64,000 nt of DNA from Eledone cirrhosa (Eukaryota), in assembly GCA_964016885.1 (NCBI GenBank), contig OZ024750.1, positions 14,694,001 to 14,758,000 of the forward strand, written 5' to 3'. Below are positions 53,653 to 64,000 of this stretch, one piece after another. Position numbers and translations under genes: made by a program. The notes under the pieces were generated by a model. It was not told the DNA's origin, did not search any database, and saw nothing but the letters and a program-made list of their open reading frames with translations. The number at the start of each line of letters is the position of its first letter. The stretch's first letter is position 1.

Positions 53653-54174
53653 GTCTCTTCAAATTTTCTGTTGATTTGCCAATGAAAACCAAATCATTTA
53701 CATTTACTGATCCCTTTATCCATTCAATTTCCAAATCCCTCTACTAAAGATTTATGGCTGATATTTATTTTACTAACCTTAAAGCAAATCTAGTGAAATG
53801 GAAGTGTTAATTTTTTTTACTTCTTCAGCAAAAGTTATATATCTAAAACAATGTTTGAGCTTTCTGGAGTTTCATTATTACAAAGAAAATCCCATTAATT
53901 CCATTATCTTATTGTCACAATTATCATCATCATCATTATCATAAGAACATGAACTAATCCTTCAAGATTGTCATGACATGTCATTATAGAGTATAAGGAT
54001 TATAGAGTATATTAAGATTATGATTCTATAAAGACTATAGAGATATATTGGATAATACCAGACAGCTCATAACTAACTAATCTTTCAAGATTGTCTATGA
54101 GTTCTGAATGCCAAAACATGCATACCGTCCAAGAGAGCTTAAAATTTACAAATTAATTCACAAATATATAACTT

Positions 54175-54665
54175 TTAACCCTTTAGCATTTAAACCTCTA
54201 GAATTCTTTCACCTTTTTCTGTTCAAACTGTCCATAACTGGCTGCTCATACTAATGTTAAGGTATTGTTCTCAAAATAAATAATATCAAAATCTCATAGA
54301 TTCGATATTATATGAGATATTATGAGAGGTAAAGCCTTTACCATGAAAATACAATAGTAAATATAGAGTAATGTACAAGAGCCAGAACTCTATGCTGCAA
54401 AGCATAGTCTCCGATGCTCTACCGATACTGCCAATCCACCGTTTTATCAGCTTATTATTGATATTGATTTCTTTATAATAATTGTTTCTACTTTTGGCAC
54501 AAGGCCAACAATTACCCAGTGTATTACTGGTACTTTATGTTATAGACCCCGTAAGGATGAAAGGCAAAGTTAATCTTGGCGGGGTTTGAACTCAGATGGT
54601 AAAGCGCCGTAACTCTATGCGTCAAAGCATGGCGTCCGACCCTCTACCGATACTGCCAATCCCCT
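54175..54665. mobile_element. Truncated MITE family 1 followed by two minus-strand family A SINE pieces
   Basis: MITE 54175-54375 lacks its right end; SINE head at about 54385-54445; full SINE at about 54476-54665. Confidence 0.75.
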
Positions 54666-54829
54666 ACCAATAATAATATATAGCAGCGTGTAGTTTTGAT
54701 CTACAGACCATTGAGTTATGGGTCCAGCATGCTTCCACTGCGCCACTAATGAAAAGCTTAATTATTTTATTGAATTCTTCCAATTCCTCTTGATTATTTT
54801 CAAAATGAATTTAAACACATAGGCAAAGT

Positions 54830-55640
54830 ATTTCATTAGAAATACAGAAATGAAAGGGTTAACTCAGATCGTTTACTGGAATGGAAGGTACTCCTTGGTA
54901 TAGATTAGGGTTAACAACCTCAGGTTGAGGGTTAGACAGACTCAGGAGTTAAAAATCCCTGTGCTTTGAAACAGTGATAGGTTACATTGAAAATAATAGA
55001 GTGGAGGAAAGTATAACATTGAAAACAGATGGACAGATTAAAGAGATGATCTGTTGTAAATCAATGATCAATTCTGTGAATCAAGCAGGACCCCAACAAG
55101 GCAGTGAAAAAGATGCTGAGAGCTATAAAATATAAGTAGCACTCTTGAAAGGTGTGGGGGGAAAATTGTTGCAAAGTGTGATATCAGGAAGTTTAATTTT
55201 TATCTTTTAGTCAGTGTATACAGGAAAAAATGGGAACAGGGGGAGGGGGCATTCCAAATAGTTACAGCCTTGAGAGAGAGAAGGGAAAAGTTGATTCAAG
55301 TGTTTAGTGAGGTATCTGAGGTGTTAGACACAGCAGAGATGATGAGAAGAAAGGGGATAGGTTTGTTAAGTAGAGTTAAGTTGAAGGAAGATCTGTGCTC
55401 ATAGTAATATGGCAATCAGTTGAATAACCTTCTTTCTGATGTGGTCTAAGAGCTTTTTATATATGGCAGTAGCAGCAGCTCTATTCCAGATAAGTGAGCA
55501 GTACTTCAATATAAATAGCATTTGAGCAAAAACATGACAATCTAATCTCCTTTGTGTTGGTGATCTACTTGATAAACAAACTGAGTACTCTTTGTAAAGT
55601 GGCTGGAGATAGGAATGACATCCGAACATAGAGAACCAGC
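54830..55640 (-). mobile_element. CR1/Jockey-group LINE 3' remnant
   Basis: LKYCSLIWNRAAATAIYKKLLDHIRKKVIQLI (compare LEYCS.IW..A....LD.IQKKAIRLI), with SFFTALLG and DLQQI downstream. Confidence 0.6.
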
Positions 55641-55664
55641 CAAAATGTAAAAATATGAATCGAA

Positions 55665-55897
55665 ATAATCCTTTCTAATTTCGGCACAAGGCCAACAATT
55701 TTGGGGTAAGGCAAAAGTGGATTAAACCGACCCCCCCCCCCCCAATGCATTACTGGTACTTTATTTTATCGGTCCCGCAAAGTTGAAAGGCAAAACTGAC
55801 TTTGGTAGGATTTGAACTCAGAATGGAAAGGGTCATGACTCTATGCTGCAAAGCATGGTGTCTGAGGATTTACTGATACTGCCAATCAACCACCCTT
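55665..55897 (-). mobile_element. Nin SINE, full length
   Basis: Flanked by the direct repeat TGAATC(G/A)AAATAAT. Confidence 0.85.
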
Positions 55898-55918
55898 GAA
55901 TCAAAATAATGGAGGCAT

Positions 55919-56234
55919 TTAACCTCTTCAGTGCCGTAGATGAGATAACTCATCCTAACATGTATACATTCCAGTGCCACAGACAAGATAACTTGCCTTA
56001 ACATGCTTGAACATTTCATAACTTCAAAGTTATGAAATCATTTCCAAAAGTTCCTAACTTCAAAGCTAGATGGGGTTACTAGTTTATTGATATGGTGTTT
56101 GTCAATCATTTAGATATGTGTTGTTAACAAATGTTTGTTTAACAAAAAAAATCATTTTACTGAAAAAAAAAAACAAAAAAAACTAGCGCAGCAACTGTAG
56201 CCGTGTAAAATATATGCAGCAGTCAACAGGTTAA
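55919..56234 (+). mobile_element. TTAA-type MITE family 2
   Basis: TTAACCTCTTCAGTGC...GCAGTCAACAGGTTAA. Confidence 0.8.
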
Positions 56235-56815
56235 TGTGACAATTCTTTATTTTGACTAAAATCCCTGTCCGAATGATTTAGAAAATAATAACACAATGTT
56301 ATTTATCTAATTTTCCCATGAAAAAGTTGATGTAAAGATTTCAATGCAGTTAAAATAAAATTCTCGTTAGATATAAAACTATTCTCTCCAAGTTACATAA
56401 ACGATGTCAGAATCAGTAAAAGATGCTAGAGACACGATAAATGTTGGTAATAGGGTATATATTCTTGACCTTCTGCTACTAAATTTTATCCTAATCATTA
56501 AACTATTGCATATTGAGTTGACTGATGATCAAACACATTCCAGTCAGGAGCATCCCATCTTTTTTTAAAAATAGTATATCTAGGACTGCATTATCTAATG
56601 TGGCCCTTTTTATATATATGTATGGTAATGTGTAATTTGAGGGAGATTTGGTTTCTATTTCTAGCAGATCATGTGACCACACAACAGATACTCAACAGAG
56701 ACATGAAGGACAGACTTGTTAGCTCAGTAACTGCAAAGAGGCTCATTCATTGGCTCAATAACTAGGTTAATGTGACTATGTGAACCAATTATCTTAGACT
56801 ATAGTGACCCTTAAC

Positions 56816-56964
56816 CAGGGCTCGATTAAGCCACAAGCACTTAAAAGATTACGGGGCCCCTCATATATAAAGTCTGCTAAAACATTTTTATTTCTGCAGA
56901 GAATGCCATACATTTAACAATGTCCCAAACTTGTGTATATTGCTTAATGGTTAATCCATCCCTG
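56816..56964. mobile_element. hAT MITE
   Basis: TIRs CAGGGCTCGATTAA / TTAATCCATCCCTG with an 8-bp TSD CCCTTAAC / CCCTAAAC. Confidence 0.75.
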
Positions 56965-57128
56965 CCCTAAACTACTTCAAATACTTAATAACTCTCCCTA
57001 TGTCTATAGTTTCAGAAAAAAATGTGCCTTCTTTTCAATGTAACATCATTTAAAAAAACTGTATTGTATGTCATAATGGTATCAAATTGAGATTCCTGCA
57101 CTAGAATGATGCAACAGTACTAACATAT

Positions 57129-57584
57129 AGTGTGTGTATGTGTGTGTGTGTATGGGTGTGTGTATGTGTGAATGTGTGTGTATGTGTGTGTGTTTGTCTG
57201 TGTGTGTATGTATGTGTGTGTGTGTATGTGTGTATGTTTGTCTGTGTGTGTGTATGTGTGTGTGTTTGTCTGTGTGTGTATGTATGTGTGTGTGTGTGTG
57301 CATGCAAGCCTGCATGTGTGTGTGTGTGTGTGTGTATGTGTGTGTGCCTGTGTGAGTCTGTGTGGGTGTGTGCGAGCATGTGTGTATATGTATGTATGTC
57401 TGTATATGTGTGTGTGTATGTGTATGTATGTCTGTATATGTGTGTGTGTGTATGTGTGTCCCCCACATAAGTGCATGTGTGTTATGTGTATGTGTGTCTC
57501 TGTGTGTGTGTGTATGTGTGTCTATATGTGTTTGCATGTGTGTCTGTATGCGTGCATGTGTGTCTGTGTGTATGTGTATGTGTA

Positions 57585-57620
<36 letters not shown>

Positions 57621-57946
57621 TGTGTTTGTGTGTATGTGTGTATGTATGTATGTCTATATGTGTTTGTACGTGTGTCTGTATGCGTGCATGTCTGTATGTC
57701 TGTATGTGTGTGTTTGTGTGTCTGTTTGTGTGCACGTGTGTATAAGTATGTATGTCTATATGTGTTTGCATGTGTGTCTGTATGCGTGCACATGTGTATG
57801 TGTATGAGTCTGTATGTCTGTATTTGTGTGTTTGTGTGTCTGCATGTGTATATGCCTGTGTGTGTGTGTGTGTGTGTGTGTCTGCGTGTGTATGTGTGTG
57901 TGTTTGTGTGCATATCTGTGTGTGTGTGTTTGTGTGTGTGTGTGTG
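57129..57946. repeat. Degenerate (TG)n tract with higher-order repeats
   Basis: Source of the HT/CV ORFs. Confidence 0.95.
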
Positions 57947-58024
57947 GAGGTGGAGGGAATACATTAGTATACCGTAGAACAACAAAACAACAATATTCAT
58001 TGACATAACAACAATCAATATTTA

Positions 58025-58121
58025 AGGTTGACTTTGCCTTTCATCCTTACGGGGTCGATAAAATAAAGTACCAGTAATGCACTGGGGTAATTGCTGGCCT
58101 TGTGCCTAAAGTAGAAACAAA
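58025..58121 (+). mobile_element. 5'-truncated family A SINE
   Basis: Nin core and tail only. Confidence 0.8.
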
Positions 58122-58189
58122 TATTTAAAACATAATAAATAGTAGGTCTGTAATAGTACCTTCCAAGTTCCTATATAACTTAGGTTAAC

Positions 58190-58925
58190 TTGCAGCAGCT
58201 GCAGCAGCTGTAACAACTGCAGAAAGTGCAACAACAATAACGACTGTAACAACTGCAGCAGCTGCAACAACGATAACAACTGCAACTACAGTAATGACTA
58301 TAACAACTGCAGTAGCTGCAACAACTGCAGAAAGTGTAACAACAATAACGACTGTAACAACTGCAGCACCTATATCGACTGTAACAACTGCAGCAGCTGC
58401 AGCAGCTGTAATAACTGCAGAAAGTGCAACAGCAATAACAACTATAACAACTGCAGCACCTATATCGACTGTAACAACTGCAGCAGCTGCAGCAGCTGTA
58501 ATAACTGCAGAAAGTGCAACAGCAATAACAACTATAACAACTGCAGCACCTATATCGACTGTAACAACTGCAGCAGCTGCAGCAGCTGTAATAACTGCAG
58601 AAAGTGCAACAGCAATAACAACTATAACAACTGCAGCACCTATATCGACTGTAACAACTGCAGCAGCTGCAGCAGCTGTAATAACTGCAGAAAGTGCAAC
58701 AGCAATAACAACTATAACAACTGCAGCACCTATATCGACTGTAACAACTGCAGCAGCTGCAGCAGCTGTAATAACTGCAGAAAGTGCAACAACAATAACA
58801 ACTATAACAACTGCAGCACCTATATCGACTGTAACAACTGCAGCAGCTGCAGCAGCTGTAATAACTGCAGAAAGTGCAACAACAATAACAACTATAACAA
58901 CTGCAGCACACTACATCGACTGAAA
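58190..58925. repeat. 90-bp minisatellite, about 8 units (about 6 near-identical)
   Basis: Unit GTAACAACTGCAGCAGCTGCAGCAGCTGTAATAACTGCAGAAAGTGCAACAGCAATAACAACTATAACAACTGCAGCACCTATATCGACT. Confidence 0.9.
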
Positions 58926-59023
58926 CGACTGCAGCAGCTGCAGCAACAACTGCAGCAACAACTGCAGCACCCACAGCAGCTGTAACAACTGCAACAACTG
59001 TAACTTCATCAACTGTAAAAACT

Positions 59024-59077
59024 GTAGTAGTAGTAGTAGTAGTGGTAGTAGTAGTAGTTGTAGTGGTGGTGGTAGTG

Positions 59078-59129
<52 letters not shown>

Positions 59130-59700
59130 AAGTAGTAGTAGTAGCTGCAATAAGGGCAGCAGTTGCACTGATAGCAGTAGTGCCAATGACAGCTGATGCA
59201 ACAGCAGTAGCGGTGTCATCATCATCATCATCACCACCACCACCACCACCACCGCCATCCCCATCACCACCACCACGGTCACCACGATCACCCCCCCCAC
59301 CCCCCACCCCCCCATCACCATCCCCATCATCACCACCACCGCCACCACCGCCACCACCACCACCACCACCACCACCACCATCCCCAACATCACCCCCACC
59401 CCCCACCACTATCACCAACAATGGCAACAACAACAACAGCAGCAGAACAATAGCTGCTGCAACAGTCACTGCATTAGCTGCAGTAATAAGAGTTACATAA
59501 AAAAACATTAACTGCAATAACAGCTGCAATTTCAACAATAATAGCATTGCCACTAGAATAACAACAGATAAAGTAGCGGTAGTAGTGGTAGTAGTGGTGG
59601 TAGTGGTGGTGGTGGTGGTAGGGTAGCAGTAGTAGTAGTAGTGTTGGTGGTGGTGGTAGTTGTGGTAGTGGTAGTGGTAGTGGTGGTGGCGGTGGTGGTC

Positions 59701-59771
<71 letters not shown>

Positions 59772-59864
59772 GGTAGTGGTAGTAGTGGTGGTGGTAGTGG
59801 TAGCAGTAGTAGTGGTGGTAGTGGTGGTAGTAGTATTAGTAATAGTAGTAGTAGCAGCAGCAGC

Positions 59865-59912
<48 letters not shown>

Positions 59913-59999
59913 GGCAGTGGTAGCAGTAGTAGTGGTGGTGGTAGTGGTAGCAGTGGTGGTGGTGGTGGTAGTAGTATTAGTAATAGTAGTAGTAGCAGT

Positions 60000-60031
<32 letters not shown>

Positions 60032-60109
60032 TAGTAGTAGTAACTGCAGTAACAGTAGTACAAGCAGCAGCAGTAGATGCAGCAGCAATAGTAGCAGTAG
60101 CAGCAGCAG

Positions 60110-60162
<53 letters not shown>
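59024..60162. repeat. Compound trinucleotide tract (GTA/GTG/GCA, CAC/CAT)
   Basis: Source of the polyT/V/L/G ORFs. Confidence 0.95.
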
Positions 60163-60164
<2 letters not shown>

Positions 60165-60332
60165 TACAATTGCAGACAAAGCAGATTGTCTAACAGCCAC
60201 CACACTATATACGCCAGCATTACATGTACAACTGCTGCATGGTATAACATGAGGGTCCTATCCCAGATCAACAATATCTGGGCTGTGAAATCTATAGCAT
60301 ACAATGTAAACATCCCAACTGCTTACATTCTC

Positions 60333-61450
60333 TTATCTGTTATATCTGTTATATTTGTTTCTATGTTATATCTGTTATATGTTTCTATGTTATATCTGTT
60401 ATATATGTTTCTATGTTATATCTGTTATATGTTTCTATGTTATATCTGTTATATGTTTCTATGTTATATCTGTTATATGTTTCTATGTTATATCTGTTAT
60501 ATGTTTCTATGTTATATCTGTTATATGTTTCTATGTTATATCTGTTATATGTTTCTATGTTAGATCTGTTATATGTTTCTATGTTATATCTGTTATATGT
60601 TTCTATGTTAGATCTGTTATATGTTTCTATGTTATATCTGTTATATATGTTTCTATGTTATATCTGTTATATGTTTCTATGTTATATCTGTTATATGTTT
60701 CTATGTTATATCTGTTATATGTTTCTATGTTATATCTGTTATATGTTTCTATGTTAGATCTGTTATATGTTTCTATGTTAGATCTGTTATATGTTTCTAT
60801 GTTATATCTGTTATATGTTTCTATGTTAGATCTGTTATATGTGTTTCTATGTTATATCTGTTAAATATGTTTCTATGTTAGATCTGTTATATATGTTTCT
60901 ATGTTATATCTGTTATATATGTTTCTATGTTAGATCTGTTATATATGTTTCTATGTTATATCTGTTATATGTTTCTATGTTATATCTGTTATATGTTTCT
61001 ATGTTATATCTGTTAAATATGTTTCTATGTTAGATCTGTTATATATGTTTCTATGTTATATCTGTTATATATGTTTCTATGTTATATCTGTTATATATGT
61101 TTCTATGTTATATCTGTTATATATGTTTCTATGTTATATCTGTTATATGTTTCTATGTTATATCTGTTATATATGTTTCTATGTTATATCTGTTAAATAT
61201 GTTTCTATGTTAGATCTGTTATATATGTTTCTATGTTATATCTGTTATATATGTTTCTATGTTAGATCTGTTATATATGTTTCTATGTTATATCTGTTAT
61301 ATATGTTTCTATGTTATATCTGTTATACGTTTCTATGTTATATCTGTTATATATGTTTCTATGTTATATCTGTTATATATGTTTCTATGTTAGATATGTT
61401 TGTATGTTATATCTGTTATTTATGTTACATATGTTATATCTTTTATATGT
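60333..61450. repeat. 24/26-bp AT-rich minisatellite, about 45 copies
   Basis: Unit ATATGTTTCTATGTTA(T/G)ATCTGTT with or without an extra AT. Confidence 0.95.
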
Positions 61451-61469
61451 TAATCTACTAGAAACTGTC

Positions 61470-61780
61470 AGATCAATGATGACAATAACAACAAGAAGAT
61501 TCAAGCAATATTGTGATATTGTGATATTGTCAGACCTGTCAACTTCCCGCTTCTGATGGGTGGGTGAGAGATGTCTTCTCTTGTGGAAATGGGTATAGCT
61601 TTCATTATGTAAAATCTCCCCATTTTGTCTCATTTCTCCCTGTTTTAGAGCACTTTTTTTCATGTTTTTTTTCATTCTGTTGAGGATTTTAGTGGTTGGC
61701 AGGTCTGTATTGCTAATTACACACACAGGAAATAACTTATATGTCAAATTGTCAGTTGGTAATCACCATATCCCACCTGC
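61470..61780 (-). mobile_element. Old LINE fragment (probably RTE)
   Basis: Decayed coding-like minus-strand frames (LPTTKILNRMKKNMKKSAL..IPISTRED) resembling the pre-RT region. Confidence 0.35.
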
Positions 61781-61954
61781 CTTAATGTTTATTGAAGAGG
61801 TTATAATTTGATCAAATCCAATCTGTATATTACTGGTACCTTTTTCTCAACTATGAAGAGATGGCAGGTAAAGTCAAGTAGATACTATTTCTTTGAAATC
61901 CCTGCCTTAAACCCATCCCTACACTGCCATCACCATCACCAACAACAATAACAA

Positions 61955-62168
61955 TCCTTTTTAACACAACGCCAGCAGTTAGGGAGAAAGAGGAGAGGTG
62001 ATTATATCAACCTCAGTATTTAACTGGTATTTTATTTTACCGACCAAAAAAGGATAAAAGGTAAAGTTGACTTTGGCAGGATTTGAAATCAGAACATAGA
62101 ATGTAGTAACTAAATATTGCATAGTATTTTGTCTGACGCTCTACCGATACTACCAATCCACTGCCTTA
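61955..62168 (-). mobile_element. Older Nin SINE
   Basis: Degenerate head and Nin core, flanked by CACCAACAACAATAACAAT-like direct repeats. Confidence 0.7.
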
Positions 62169-62882
62169 CCACCAACAATAATAACAATAATGTTTTTTTT
62201 CTTTCTTTTGAAGGGTGGAGAGAAATTGAAAATTGTAGTATTCATGTCTTTGCTAGGGTATAAGTGACCTAAAGGAAGAGAAACAATTCCTATTGGGAAT
62301 TGAAACTAGGTCACATACATAGTTTGTGAAGAACTTACTGCTGCATTGCAATGCCTATGAATAGCAACTCAAATAAGGATTTTTTACTTAGATGTATATA
62401 ATTCATTTAATTTTTTTTTTTTTTTTTTTCGAACAGGAAGGGGTATAATCAATTTAATGAGTGGTGCATTACTAAAAATCCTTATTTAGTCTTAGAAAAC
62501 AACTACTGCAAACCTGTAAATATAGAAATCTCTAAATATGCTACAGAAGGTTCTTTTTGTAAATAGCAAGCCCATAAGAAGACTTTAAGTCAGTGTTGCG
62601 AGTTAAGAAATCACTCATTAAATTCACATTACTTAGTATAGTAAGATGTATCTACATATGGTACCTATTGATAGCCAGATGGACTGAGCTTTTATAATTC
62701 TGGCAAAGTCTTAAGTTGCCTTTCTTAGGAAAATGTATCATCAAGGAGTGGCTTCATTCTTTTAGCCACTGCTTTGTTCTCTACACTCTCTGATAGATGG
62801 ATATCAGTGTCTTGACAGGTTCTAGCCATTCACAGTTCAGGAACTCTGTCAAAATGTTGTCCATTCTTGGTGATTTTCCTTC

Positions 62883-63482
62883 TTAATTTGTTGACTGTCA
62901 CATAGTTTTACACAGCTACAGTTGCTGTGCCGTTTTTCTTTCTGAAAAATGACTATTTTGATGGACAAACGTCACATCAATAAACAAGTAACTCATCTAG
63001 CTTTGAAGTTATGAACTGTTGGAAAGGAGTTCATAACTTTGAAGTTATGAACTGTTGGAAAGGAGTTCATAACTTTGAAGTTATGAACTGTTGGAAAGGA
63101 GTTCATAACTTTGAAGTTATGAACTGTTGGAAAGGAGTTCATAACTTTGAAGTTATGAACTGTTGGAAAGGAGTTCATAACTTTGAAGTTATGAACTGTT
63201 GGAAAGGAATTCATAACTTTGAAGTTATGAACTGTTGGAAAGGAGTTCATAACTTTGAAGTTATGAACTGTTGGAAAGGAGTTCATAACTTTGAAGTTAT
63301 GAACTGTTGGAAAGGAGTTCATAACTTTGAAGTTATGAACTGTTGGAAAGGAGTTCATAACTTTGAAGTTATGAACTGTTGGAAAGGAGTTCAAACATGT
63401 TAGAATGAGTTATCTCATTTGTGGCACTGCAATGCATACATGTTAAGACGAGTTATCTCATCTACGGCACTGAAGAGGTTAA
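62883..63482 (-). mobile_element. MITE family 2 with an expanded internal 36-bp array
   Basis: TTAA at 62883-62886 and 63479-63482. The flanking RTE reading frame rejoins across it. Confidence 0.85.
63001..63393. repeat. 36-bp tandem array, about 11 near-identical units
   Basis: Unit CTTTGAAGTTATGAACTGTTGGAAAGGAGTTCATAA. Confidence 0.95.
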
Positions 63483-63957
63483 ATCATGTACACAGCCTCT
63501 TCAAATTACTCCAGGAGTATTACTACATCCCTAAGTTCTCTCTTCTTATTGGTAGCCTTTTTTAAGATGTTGGTGACATTACTGAGTTTATAGTTATAAG
63601 TTCTTTGCAGTACTCAATCCATCTTCAGATAATAGCAAGCTCGTCAGTTAAGAGAGAGCCTCTTTTATTTTCAGGCACAATAGTAATCAGTTGCTTTGCT
63701 TTTGTGAGCATTTTTAGTATCTCAAAAGCAGCCATATTGTTACCCTCTTTTGTCCTAGATTTGATGTTAGCACACTTTTCCTTGTCTTCCTTAATTTCCT
63801 TTCTGATCTTTTTATTCAAAGTTCTATATTATTGGGTTGTTCCCTGATCTTTTAATTTGATCTTCAGGTCTTGTTTTCTATCATATAAGATCTAAGATGT
63901 CATCAGTGAGCCATAGATAGATAAATAGCTAGATAGATAAAGTGAGAGAGAGAGAGA

Positions 63958-64000
<43 letters not shown>

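Larger units (their letters stand above)
62660..63850 (-). mobile_element. RTE LINE fragment interrupted by a MITE
   Basis: NKKIRKEIKEDKEK..AFEILKMLTK..II*RWIEYCKEL..ILLE*FEEAV [MITE] KEGKSPRMDNILTEFL..TKQWLKE*SHSLMIHFPKKGNLRLCQNY. Confidence 0.85.

Noticed and set aside
57082-58018. His/Thr- and Cys/Val-rich ORFs
   Set aside because: (TG)n microsatellite artefacts.
58180-60252. Long ORFs (457, 216, 209, 204 and 203 aa)
   Set aside because: They are translations of trinucleotide and 90-bp repeats, open in several frames on both strands, with no domain or splice support.
60186-61556. Hydrophobic repeat ORFs (MLYLLYVS)n
   Set aside because: A 24/26-bp minisatellite whose unit variants shift the frame.
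63001-63393. CRISPR-like 36-bp palindromic repeats
   Set aside because: The units are head to tail with no unique spacers and no cas genes, and they sit inside a eukaryotic MITE.

Overview
This is AT-rich, microsatellite- and transposon-dense eukaryotic DNA, most likely an octopod cephalopod (inferred from tRNA/Nin-domain SINEs, CORE-type SINEs with RTE tails, and abundant (TA)n). The only host gene I can support is the 24-nt first coding exon (MSWGIELW, minus strand, 19858-19881) of an FNBP1L/TOCA-1/CIP4-family F-BAR gene. It lies in a CpG-retaining promoter region, and I found no exon 2 in the window, so intron 1 appears to exceed 19.8 kb. The rest is decayed mobile DNA (Tigger, mariner, hAT, TTAA/piggyBac-type MITEs, RTE, CR1-like, CRE-like and R4-like LINEs, several SINE families) plus mini- and microsatellites. 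Nearly all supplied ORFs are repeat artefacts. The most notable structure is a (TA)n-embedded cluster at about 40.0-43.8 kb of Penelope-like terminal fragments carrying hammerhead-ribozyme motifs. It includes a 336-bp near-perfect palindrome that encodes a complete minimal hammerhead on both strands. Family assignments come from recalled motifs, not database searches, and the boundaries of decayed elements are approximate.
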